Part shown: one piece after another, positions 15,313-28,133 of the stretch
How positions within the stretch are numbered: position 1 is the first letter of the stretch
Layout: each line of letters starts with the position of its first letter
Source: Octopus bimaculoides
Taxonomy: Eukaryota
Direction: 5' to 3'
NCBI RefSeq assembly: GCF_001194135.2
Contig: NC_068983.1
Location: forward strand, 3,789,999 to 3,853,998
DNA: 64,000 nucleotides
The notes under the pieces: generated by a model
Database searches by the model: none
What the model saw: the letters and a program-made list of their open reading frames with translations, nothing else
What the model was told of the DNA's origin: nothing
Translations under genes and position numbers: made by a program

Positions 15313-18300
15313 CATCATTTAACGTCTGCTTTCCAGGCTGGCATGGGTTGGACGGTTTGATTGAGGACTGGCAAGCTGGGAGGCTGCACCAGGCTCCAAT
15401 TTGATTTGGCATGGTTTCTACAGCTGGATGCCCTTCCTAACGCCAACCACTCCAAGAGTGTAGTGGGTGCTTTTTGTGTGCCGCTGGCACGAGGGCCAGT
15501 AAGGCAGCACCAACAACGACCATGCTTAAATGGTGCTTTTTATATGCCACCGGCATGGGAGCCAGTAAGGTGGTACTGGCATTGACCACATTTGAATGAT
15601 GCTTTTTACGTGCCACTGGCACAGGAGCCAGTTAGGTGGTACTGGCATCGACCATGTTTGAATGGTGCTTTTTACATGCCAGATGACATAGGAGCCAATC
15701 AGGCGGCACTGGCAATGACCGTGTTCGAATGGTGCTTTTTACATGCCATTGGCATGGAAGCCAGTCAGGCGGCACTAGCATCGATTGTGAGGCCAAAATT
15801 CTTGCAAGCAGTGGAAAAATATTTCATGCTCTGCTGCACCTGGGCCTCTGTACTTAGTGCACAGCTGTTTGCAATCAGAAAGTCATGCACCAAGTCCTCT
15901 TTCACCTTGGTCTTCACCTGTAGACTCCGCAGGTCGAAGAGTCTGCCAGGAGTCCTCAATCTGATCTGGTTCATTGTCATTACAGAAAGCATCCAACAGC
16001 ATGGCTGAGAACATTATGCAGAAGGGGCAAGTACAGAACCTTGCTTGACTCCATCAGTGACTGAGAATGCATTGGAAGAATCACCACTGCCCAGTCCTTG
16101 AGCAAGCATGCTACTGCGGAACTGTTGCACCAAACTAAGGAATTTGTCTGGGCAGCCAAACTTTCCTAGGATCTTCTTCAATCCATTCTTTTTCCTCCAT
16201 AAATCTTCTCTCTTTCTTTTTCTATTTTATTCTCTTCTTCGCTTCCCTTCTCCTCCAACTACACCTCCACAACCTCTGTAGTCTCTCTCCATTTTTTATC
16301 TCTACTTCCTTATAATGTTGGAACACCATTATAACTGACATCCATCTATTAATTAACCCGGTTAACGAGGATACAGGATTAGTCCAATTATAATTCTTTT
16401 AACATTTAATGATGATTCCCACATAAGCAGAGAAAGAGCACTGTCTTTCTCTTCTCAGGGAAACATAACTAAAAAACAAACAAAAAACAAAGAGCAAACA
16501 ACAATTTTCCTCTTATTCCCATTAAACATCCCTCCCTCCCTCTCTGTGCCATCAATGTTCCACTCTTCTCTATCTCTCTCTGACTACCCAGCCTCTTTAG
16601 CTCCCACCCCACATAATCAGTCGCCCTCTCATCTTTCACTATTTTCTTCTCTCCCTCCCTCCTCACTACACAGCTATCTTTCCCCCACTCTCATTTTCTG
16701 TTAGCTCCTCTTCTTCCCTCTCTCTTACACTCCTACACTTCTATTCATGGACATTAAACAATTATATGTGTGTGTGCCCCTGACAGGCTCCTGTGCCAGT
16801 GGCATCATGTGAATGTAGCCAATCCCAGTGCCCCCTAATTGGCTCCCGTGCTGGTGACATGTAAAAAGCACCATGCAAATATGGTCGATGTCAGCGCCCC
16901 TGACTGGCTCCCGTGCTGGTGACATGTAAGAAGTACCTGCTACACTCTCGGAGTGGTTGGCATTAGGAAGGGCATCCAGCTGTAGAAGCCTTGCCAGATC
17001 AGATTGGAGCCTGGTGCAGCCTTCTGGCTTGTCAGTCCTCAGTCAAACCGTCCAACCCATGCCAGCATGGAAAACGGATGTTAAACGAACGATGATGATA
17101 ATCAAGGATAAAATCTGTAGAGGATTTTATCAAGTAACTAGTATGTAAAAAAACCATTTAGGTAAAAATTAATACAATGTATTTCACTTTTAATACGCAG
17201 TATCATCATCAACATCGTTTAACGTCCACTTTCCATGCTGGCATGGGTTGGACGGTTTGACTGTGGTGTGGAGAGCCAGGAGGCTGTACCAAACTCCAAT
17301 CTGATCTGGTAATGTTTCTACAGCTGGATACCCTTCCTAATGCCAACCAGTCCAAGAGTGCAGTGGGTGCTTTCTACGTGCCACCGACACAGGGGCTAGT
17401 CAGAGGATACTGGCATCGGCCACATTCGAATGGTACTTTTTACATGCCACGGGTATGTATCTATATATAGAACATACCCTCCTATCCCTTCTGTACTACT
17501 TACCCCTTACCACTGTGGGTAGACCTCCAATACATCTCCAACACCTATTTCTCTCTCTCTCTCCTCCGACTGTTCCTCTATCTTTCTAATTTTCTTCCAC
17601 CATCCCCGTCCCTCGTCCTACTGGACTTGCCAAGGATCTCCTCTACAGAAAGGTAACCATCTTGGTCCCTTTCTCATACTCCAAGCTCTTACATGACATA
17701 CAGCTACATCTCTTCGTTCCACTCCCCCTCTCAACTAAGAGGTCCTTTGTTTTGCAAGTTATTTGGCAACCCCGCGGATGCTGGTGTCATGCAAAGAGCA
17801 CCCAGTATGCTCTGTAAAGTGGTTGGCTTTAGGAAGGGCATCCATGTCAAGAAACCATTTAACGTGCTGGCATGGGTTGGATAGTTTGACAGGATGATGA
17901 TGATGATGATTTTAAGATCCATCAAGCCAAGAGAAAACATAATAGTGACCGATGCCAGTGCTGCCTACTTGGCACCTGTGCCGGTGGCACATAAAAAAAA
18001 ACCCTTGACTTTTCTCTATATACCATGCTTGAGAAGACCTGTCAAACCAAGTGAAAATGTAGTCATGGCTGATGCTAGTGTCGCCCACATGGCGCCATAT
18101 AAAAAGCATTGATGTTGGTGCCACGAAAAAAGCACTGGTGTTAGTGTCATGTAAAAAGCACTCAGCACACTCTGTAAAGTGGTTGGCATGAGGAAGGGCC
18201 TCCTGCCATAAAAAAAAAACAGACAATGGAGCCTAGTGCAGCCCCTGACCTTACCAGCTCCTGTCAAACCATCTAACCCATGCTAGCATGGAAAATGGAT

Positions 18301-20112
18301 GTTAAATGATGATGACAATGTCTATCAGGTTTAGCACCCAACTATGTAACAGTTTGCATGTTACCAGTTAGCCTCACCACCAGCCTTACATAAAGAACAA
18401 CAGACATAAACTTTCCATTTGGCAACTTTGTTATTGTAAATTTTCGACCAAACACCAAAAGTCAGTTTCCTGGGGAAATCCACTTTACACATTGGATGTT
18501 AGCCTCATTCAGGTCTCTTACATTTTTCATCCATCCACTTCCTTTATTTTTCTTTTTTCCATTCCCCCCCCTCTCTCTCTCTTCTGTCCATTATTATCAT
18601 TATTATAATTATAATTATTATTATTCATTCACCTCCTCCCCACATCTTCAAATTTTTGCTTCTTTATTATCATCTCTCACTCTTATATACATACATCAGC
18701 ATCATAATCGTTTAACGTCCTCCTCCCATGCTGGCATGGGTCGGACAGTTTGACAAGAGCCGGCCAGGCAGGAGCCTGCACCAGACTTCTGTGTCTGTTT
18801 TGGCAGGTTTTTAATGGCTGGGTGCCCTTCCTAACACCAACCACCCAGCAGAATGGACTGAGTGCTTTTTATGTGGCACCTGCACAAGCAAGGTCAGTTT
18901 TGGCAAGGTTTTCACAGCTGGATGCCCTTCTGAACACACACACATATATACATATATAAAATATCATTTATGCAACGCTATGCACTCATTTTCTTTTTAC
19001 CCATTTCTAGAATATTCTTGGAATATTTTTTGTGTGATGTCTGTTTCTGTCTCTTTCTTTGCCTCACTTTTGCTTTCCTCTCTCCCTTTCCCTCTGTAAT
19101 ACTTTTTTCTGTCCCTCTGCCCTCCACGACCCTTTCTCTCTCCTCCCTTTATCACACGACCCATGACCATCTGAACCTTTTTCATTCTTTTTCTGCTTTG
19201 CTTTTACCAGCACACTAATTTAAAAAATCATGGTAGAGGCCTTGGTCTCGGAGACCACTCATGTCTAGAAGCTGAGGTTGGGGTTAAGCAAGGGCATGCT
19301 CCCCGGAGAAAATCCAGCACCAAAAGAAAAAGCCTCATGATAGCAAAGGAGAATGGGCACCAGCCAACCCAAAGGTTGGGGTGGGCTGCACCTGCCTACC
19401 TCAGTTACTATGGCATTGAGGTAGGTCCGGCCACCCCCGTTAACAGGGACAAAACCTGGATTTAAAACACTGGCTGATGATGATGATGATGATGTTGACC
19501 AGGTCGGTCGCGCTTCTTTGTGTTCCTTCATGATTTGTTTATTTCTTCCTTTGTTCTGACTTTCTATCTGCCCCTTCTGAATGGGAGAAGAGGAAGGAGA
19601 GTAAAAGGCAGGAAGGGGGGGGATTCAGGTGGTCTAGAGAGGGGGGGGGGCAAAGGAAGAAGTGATAGGAAGCAAGGTGGGAGAGGGAAGGAGGTGAATA
19701 ATCAAGGGATAGACTAGAAGTAAACGTGGAGATGAGAAATCTCCAAACACTGTGCTGACAGTGTTGATGACAAGACAAACTCTGTAGGAAATTGACATTG
19801 GACAAGAAGGGAAGAATAAAAAAAAAATATTGAAATAATTACCTTCAAATCAATAAGACGTGTCTTAACGAGAGTTGTATATTCAGAGTACACTTCAGAA
19901 CATTGTGCAGGTACAAAAGGAGCTTTCATGAGGTGTGCCTGAGCAACAAGAGTAAGAAAAATATATTAAAGAATAACTTTTTATGAGTGTTGGAACAGAT
20001 CATCGTTTAACGTCAGCTTTCCATGCTGGGACAGAGGTAATCTTCTGACCATTGAAGGGATACTTGGCAACCTCAGTAGGACAAGGAAGGAGAGAAAGAG
20101 AGAGACAGTCAA

Positions 20113-20163
<51 letters not shown>

Positions 20164-21315
20164 AAGAGAAAGAGAGAGAGAGAGAGGGCCTGCCCACGGG
20201 GAAAAGTTGGGAAATAATACTACAATTATATATATATCCTCACAGAAGCAATGAAAAAAAGACCGAGACCTCTTGAGGTATGCTGTGACTGAGAAGACCC
20301 GGCAAATAAAGTGAGTCCACAGCTGTAACCTATACCAGTGTTATATAACCAGCCCACTCAAAAGTACCTTGGATCATAGGGCGACATGCCGTGCTTGAGG
20401 AGACCTATTGAGTCAAGTACATCAAAATCAAATCAAATCAAATGGAAATTGTAGTTGTGATCCCCGTGCCGGTGGCTCGTAAAAAGCACCATTTGATCGT
20501 GGCCAATGCCAGCGCCACCTTGACTGCCTTCTGTGCCGGTGGCATGTAAAAAGCACCATCCGAACATGGCTGATGCCAGCGCCACCTTGACTGGCTTCTG
20601 TGCCAGTAGCACATAAAAAGCTCCATCTGATCGTGGTCGATGCCAGTTCCCTCTGGCTCCTGTGCTGGTGGCACGTAAAAAAGCACCCACTAGACTCCCA
20701 GAGTGGTTGGAATTAGGAAGGGCATCCAGCTATAAAAACACTGCCAGATCAGACTGGAGTCTGGTGCGGCCTCCTGGCTTCCCAGACCCCAGTCGAACCA
20801 ACCCACCCATGCCAGCATGGACAACAGACATTAATCGATACTGCTGCTGCTGATGATGACATAAATCCTCTCCACACACACACACACACACATATATATA
20901 TACCGTATAGTATTTATCATATACAATTTTCATTGATTCCTAAACTGAACTCACCTTCAGATGAATTGCAGATTCAACGGGTACCAAATCAGACAACAGT
21001 TTGATAAGAAAGGTGAAACTTTTCTGGCTGTTTGCAATCGACTTATTTGAAGAACCAAATGTTAGCTGCAACAAAGAAAAACAGGAACATTCTAGATTAA
21101 TTTCTTCTGGCAAAATTTTTGTTTGTTTGTTAATGTTTCATAAACATTATTAAGAGGTTGCCGAGTAAGAGAACAATCCATGATGGGGGTACGATATGTT
21201 TGGAGAGGAGGGGTTAATTGGCAATCCTTCGGTTACGATGACAAGAGTTCCAGTTGATCTGCTCAATGCAACAACCTGCTCTTGAAATTAACATGCCTTA
21301 ATAATAACAACAATC

Positions 21316-21348
<33 letters not shown>

Positions 21349-22313
21349 GATGAACAAAAGGCAAAGTTGAGAGATATGACAGGTTAGCTTGGGAAGTTAA
21401 ACAGTTGTGATTGATGAAAAAGGTGGTAGTAGTACCAGTAATTGTCGGAGCCCTGAGAACAGTGAGTAGAAATCTTGAGAAGTACATGGAACAAATAGGG
21501 GCTGCAATAAGGGTGGAGCACTTGCAGAAAACAGCACTGCTTGGAACCACTCGAATACTCCGGATGGTGCTCGAAAAATAAGGGGTGTTACCTTAGTTCA
21601 CTGGTAGTGAACAGCTGACACCGTAGTACATCTCCAGCGCTAGAAGCTGTGCAAAGATAATAATAATAATAATAATGTGGAACATACCTCGACCCATTCA
21701 GGGTATGAAGGGAAGACGTGAGGCCCTTCAAAGCAAGCTTGTCGGGCAAAGAGAAGTGCAGATATGGAACTCTCAACCTCCAGATTTTCCAATCCTTGTT
21801 TTAGCATTTCATTGACAGAACCTAAAGAAATAAAGGTCTTATTTATGATGATGACGATGATGATATATCTATATATAAGCAGTTGTCATCACTAACCAGC
21901 ATCAACTTCCATTTACATCAGGTAGAATGACAGGTGTACAGCACAAACCAATCGATTATCAATGTCCTAACTTCACCAGTAGTTGTGGACTCACTGAGTT
22001 CTATCAGTCTAGTTCTGAAAGGACATCACTGGTTCACCCCACCCACTGACCCAGTTCCCATACAATGACAACATTGGATCTATTCACTAATCAAAACTTA
22101 ACACAGTTATTCATTCTAGTGCAGGCATGGCTGTGTGGTAAGAAGATTGCTTCCTAACCACATGGTTCTAGGTTCAGTCCCACTGCATAGCATCTTGCGC
22201 AAGTGTCTTCTACTATAGCCTCGGACCGACCAAAGCCTTGCGAGTGGATTTGGTAGACAGAAACTGAAAGAAGCCCATCGTGTGTGTGTATATATGCATG
22301 TGTGCATACACAT

Positions 22314-22345
<32 letters not shown>

Positions 22346-22625
22346 NNNNNNNNNNNNNNNNNNNNNNNNNNNNNNNNNNNNNNNNNNNNNNNNNNNNNNN
22401 NNNNNNNNNNNNNNNNNNNNNNNNNNNNNNNNNNNNNNNNNNNNNNNNNNNNNNNNNNNNNNNNNNNNNNNNNNNNNNNNNNNNNNNNNNNNNNNNNNNN
22501 NNNNNNNNNNNNNNNNNNNNNNNNNNNNNNNNNNNNNNNNNNNNNNNNNNNNNNNNNNNNNNNNNNNNNNNNNNNNNNNNNNNNNNNNNNNNNNNNNNNN
22601 NNNNNNNNNNNNNNNNNNNNNNNNN

Positions 22626-22662
<37 letters not shown>

Positions 22663-25600
22663 GTGTGTGTGTGCTCCCGCCATTGCTTGACAACAGATGT
22701 TGATGTGTTTATGTCCCTGAAACCTAGTGGTTCAGCAAAAGAGAACGATAGAATAAGTACTAGGCTAATAAAGAATAAGTCCTCGGGTTGATTTCTTTGG
22801 CTAAAGGTGGTGTTCCAGCATGGCCACAGTGAAATGACTGAAACATGTAAAAGACTAAAAGAGTCAACACACACTCTACTTTGAAAGTTCTCCAGTTGAA
22901 AAAAAAAGGTACAACAATTCAAAATTCAAAAATTCCCAGTTTTATCAAAATCTCTTCAACTTACTTTTCAAAAGTCTTGGAGCAGTTTGGAAGCAGATGA
23001 GGAATGTGGAAGTAAAACTCAGCAAGGTGCACCAGTTGAAGTCATCTGCTTCTAAAAGACTTTGGATAACACTGAGGACAGCATTAGCATCCAAAACAGC
23101 AAAGAACTGTAAAAAGAACCAGAAGAGTCAAAAGACATTCTTGGAATACTGGAAGATAAAAATGGTGAAATGTTTAAATAAAGGGTTGGAATAAAAAAAA
23201 AGACAAAATCGTTGATTTGTTCCAATACTCATTGATAGGGGGAGATGTAAAGGGAGCTCTGTGGGTGAAGTCTCTGGATAAGGCTTCCCAACGAATTCCC
23301 AATGGCGAGGGAAGAGGAACCTGCTGACCTAGTCAATGACCGAGTATTTGGGGGCCAAGGCGGATGGTTGTGGTTAACAGCCTGGAGAGAAATGGGCACT
23401 GCTGAGCTAATGTGTCTATGATACATTCATGGTGTGATAATCAGACTAGAATCCATATCAGGTCAGTCATTACCACGGGTCAACATCAAAGAGTAGACAG
23501 GCCTCAATTTTGCTGACTCACAGAAATCCATTAGGAGTGGTGAAATCTGCTGGTGATGTCATCAATGAATGCTCCAACAACCATCCAATCAAAGGATAGG
23601 AAGGAAGGCAGGCTATACACACACACACACACACATTGTCTATGTTAACAACTGTCATTAATGCTAATGAGTATTTTCATTATGAGTGTTGTTTCAATTA
23701 ATTAAATGTTAATTAACTACATTAAGTTTGTTACCACTGAATAATGCACATTATTTTGGCATTTTAATATTTGTATCTGAATTCTTAGATTTAAAAGAAA
23801 TGCCATAAAACCAAGAAATCCTAAAAGCCATTAGTGACACAAGACTAATGAGTAAAATAACATTTTATATCAGTATTTCCAAAAACTACACTTTACTACC
23901 CTTATCTCATCATCATTTAATGTCTGTTGTCCATGGGCTAACCAAGGCTGGTAAGCTGCACCAGACTCTAGTCTGATTTGGCATGCTTTCTATGGCTGGA
24001 TGCCTCCTTCCTTATGCCAACCACTTTATAGAGTGTGTGCTGGGTACTTTTACATGGCACCACATGGGCACTTTTATGTGGAACCACACAGTATAACATT
24101 AAGAAATGTTGGTGAAAAATTTCGTAATTATCTCACAATCATAAAGTTTTATTTTTTTTAAGATTCCAAAGATTCCAAGACTGTAAGACACAAATGGTCA
24201 GACTTTACATCTCACAATGTAATTAACATATTGAAGTTAATTCAGGTAGGATACTCATAATTGTCATAATTTAACATTTAATGTTCCATGTTGGTATGAA
24301 TTAAAAGGTTTGACAGGATCTGACGGGGTCTGAAGACTGCATTGTGCGTCAATGTCTGCTTTGGCAGGGTTTTTATGGCTGGATGTCCTTCGTAATGCCT
24401 GTGTTAGTACCATGTAAAAGCACCCAGTCCACACTGTAAAGTGGTCGGCACTAGGAAGGGCAGCCAGCTGAAGGAACCATGCCAAAACAAACAATGGAAC
24501 CTGGTATAGCTCTCCAGCCTTGCCAGCTCCCTCCAAACTGTCCAACCCATGCCAGCATGGAAAATGGATGTTAAAGGATGTTGATAATCTACTAAATGTA
24601 CCAGGTGCTTTTTTTTTTTATGCCATCACTAGTGACATTACCAAGCAGCCTGAAGGACTAAGATCCTCTTTGACTGAGTAGGGTTACAGTAAAAAGGAAG
24701 GTGGTTTTTATGCTATGGAGAAGATGGGTTAAAGTATGGGAGAAAAGCCCAGAACAGAACAAGTTTCTTGTAGAGGTTATTCACGCTATAGAAAGGAGGA
24801 TAGAAGTGACGAGGGTGAAGCTGGAAAGAGAAGAAAAATAATGATACTGAGGGGTGAGGATGGCTCTTGAGGAACAAGGTCAGCAGAAGCAACTGGGCAC
24901 AGGAACTCTCGTCAAATACTTGGCCCCCTTCTCATTTGCTTTTGCAATGCTAGTAAGGGTTAGATGAGTATTTTATGGTTGGATGCTCTTCCTGTTGCTA
25001 ACTGCGTTTCACAAGTAAGGGATCTCATATTTCATGTCTTCAAAGGTGCAAAACCAGCAAACAGTTTGTTGGGAAGGAAAATGACAACATCACTGCTTCT
25101 ATTTCATAGAACCTCACAGAAACACACAATCACCATTATCATCATCATCATCATCATCATTACCATGCTTGCATTGTAGCTATAACAGAAGACCCTTGCC
25201 CAAGATGGAGTGCAGTGGGACTGAACCTGAAACAAGATTCACCATCATCATCGTTTAACATCCATTTTCCAGGCTGGCATGGGTTGGACAGTTTAACAGG
25301 AACTGCACCAGATTCCATAGTTGTTTTTGGCCTGGTTTCTACCCCTGGATGCCCCTCCTAACCCCAACCACTCTACAGAATGTACTGGGTGCTTTTTTTA
25401 CATGGCACCAGCTCCAACAGGGACACTAAGTACCTTGCAAAGACAAAAAAATCTGAACTGGGATTGGGAAGTGAATTTGTCAACACCACAGCAATGTTTA
25501 CACCTATCTTTGATACTGCTGAATTGTTGAAGACTAGTCACTTGGATTAATTTTCACCAGAAAGCACCATTCGAGTGTGGTCGTTGCCAGTGCCACCTGA

Positions 25601-28084
25601 CTGGCCCTCATGCCGGTGGCACATAAAAAGCACCCACTACACTGGTTGGTGTTAGGAAGAGCATCTAGCTGTAGAAACTTTGCCAGATCAGATTGGAGCC
25701 TGGTGCAGCCTTCTGGTTTGCCAGCACTCAGTCAAACCCATGCCAGCATGGAAAACAGATGTTAAATAAGGAGGATGATGAGGATGAGGATGAGGGTGAG
25801 GGTGGTGGTGGTGGTGGTGCTGCTGCTGCTGATGATGATGACGACGATGATGGCGATGATGACGATGAATGATGGCAAGGAGATATTAATTTGTACCAGG
25901 CCATTCCTAATGTGTAGTTTAAGATTTTAAGGAGAAAAATCAAAATGCCTTTAGCAGAATATGAACAAAATATTGCAGGTAAAAAGGACCAGCAATCTCA
26001 AATTAAATAGCTTTATAAAACATACCTGTTTGAAGAAGGCTCTCCTAAAAGGGGTCAACTTGCTGTAGGTCCATTGCTCTTGGTGCTTCACTGCATCTGA
26101 CACTAAATAAATGATTAAATCACTGAAATAGCTTTAAATAGATTGGAATAATTTAACAAGCAATTTAATGAGAACCTAACATATCAGTTAAAATCGTGTT
26201 AAAGGCTTTTATTAGGATATTTCTGCTGAAATGTGCTCTCTTTGTTTCAAGTTTGAAAATAATGAGGAATTTAATAAAATAATTGTCATTATTAAGATGG
26301 TGTTTGGAACATAATCTGAAATTTTGATGGAAGATTTTAATTAAGATCACTTTAACTCTTTTGTTACCATATTTGTGTTGAAATGTACTGCTTTTGTCTC
26401 AATTAATTTTGAAAATAATGACGACTATAGTAAAGCTGGGGTTTGGAATACAGCCTGAAATTTGACAGGTTTTCATTTAAATCACTTTAAAACAGTAAGT
26501 TTGTGTCATAGGCCCAGGGGCAGTCAAAAGTGGATTCTATATCATCATCGATATCTAATGCCTGTCTTTTATACTGGCATGGGTTGGACGGTTTGACAGG
26601 AAATGGTAAGCCAGAGGACAGCACTTAGCTTCATTCTCTGCTTTGGCACAGTTTTTACAGGTGTTGGGCCTCATGGAGGCAATGACCGAGACCTTTGGCA
26701 TTATGTTGTGCGTGAGAAAAAAACCCATCAAGCTGAGCAAAATCGCAGTCATGGCAGATACTGGTGTCATGCAGATTGGCATCTGTGCCAGTGGCATGTA
26801 AAAGCACCCTGGTGTCACCAAACGGTACCTGTGCCGGTAGCACATAAAAGCACCCGTTACATTCTCGGAGTGGTTGGTGTTAGGAAGGGCATCCAGCTGT
26901 TGAAAACCATGCTAAATCAGACTGGAGCCTGGTGCAGCCTTCCAGCTTACCAGCCTCAGTCAACAGCCCATGGATAACAGACGTTAAATGATGATGATGA
27001 TTATGATGCCTCTCCCTAATGTTAACCACTTTACATATGTCATAAAAAGGTGTATTGTGGAACTCTGCGATTAATATCATAGACGTAGCACCACAATGAA
27101 ATAAAAGGTTATAGGTGTTTGTATCTAGCAAATTCTGAGACGTGTGGAAGATGCCAAGAAAACCGAGGTAAAAGCAATGTATGTACATATAGGTATTTGT
27201 GAATACATATATGCCAGTACCCACTGACTGGACCCTGTGCCGGTGGTGCATAAAAAGCACTATATGAATGTGATCAATGCCAGGCCCCTGTGCCAGTGGC
27301 ATGTAAAAATCACCCACTACACTCTCTGAGTTGTTGACGTTAGGAAGGGCATCCAGCTGTAGAAGCTTTGACAGATCGGATTGGAGCCTGGTGCAGCCTC
27401 CTGGCTCTCTAGACATCAGCCAAACTGTCCAACCCATGCCAGCATGGAAAATGGACGTTAAACAATGATGATGATGAATGTGTGTTTGGAAAAATGTCAG
27501 AACGAGGAGCATAGAAACTACTAAAATGAGAGAGAGAGAGAGAGAGNNNNNNNNNNNNNNNNNNNNNNNNNNNNNNNNNNNNNNNNNNNNNNNNNNNNNN
27601 NNNNNNNNNNNNNNNNNNNNNNNNNNNNNNNNNNNNNNNNNNNNNNNNNNNNNNNNNNNNNNNNNNNNNNNNNNNNNNNNNNNNNNNNNNNNNNNNNNNN
27701 NNNNNNNNNNNNNNNNNNNNNNNNNNNNNNNNNNNNNNNNNNNNNNNNNNNNNNNNNNNNNNNNNNNNNNNNNNNNNNNNNNNNNNNNNNNNNNNNNNNN
27801 NNNNNNNNNNNNNNNNNNNNNNNNNNNNNNNNNNNNNNNNNNNNNNNNNNNNNNNNNNNNNNNNNNNNNNNNNNNNNNNNNNNNNNNNNNNNNNNNNNNN
27901 NNNNNNNNNNNNNNNNNNNNNNNNNNNNNNNNNNNNNNNNNNNNNNNNNNNNNNNNNNNNNNNNNNNNNNNNNNNNNNNNNNNNNNNNNNNNNNNNNNNN
28001 NNNNNNNNNNNNNNNNNNNNNNNNNNNNNNNNNNNNNNNGGAGAGAGAGAGGGAGGGAGAGAGGGAGGGAGAGAGAGAGGGAGG

Positions 28085-28133
<49 letters not shown>

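Noticed and set aside
15470-15780. Regular ~65-nt palindromic arrays resembling a CRISPR array
   Set aside because: The whole unit repeats with no unique spacers, there are no cas genes, the context is eukaryotic, and the array is part of an RTE 3' UTR.
23200-23580. Unique-looking GC-balanced intronic stretch as a hidden exon or nested gene (similarly 9060-9290, 33600-33870, 55380-55640)
   Set aside because: There are stops in the plausible frames, no recognisable motif, and the FANCA phase is complete without it; probably old TE debris.
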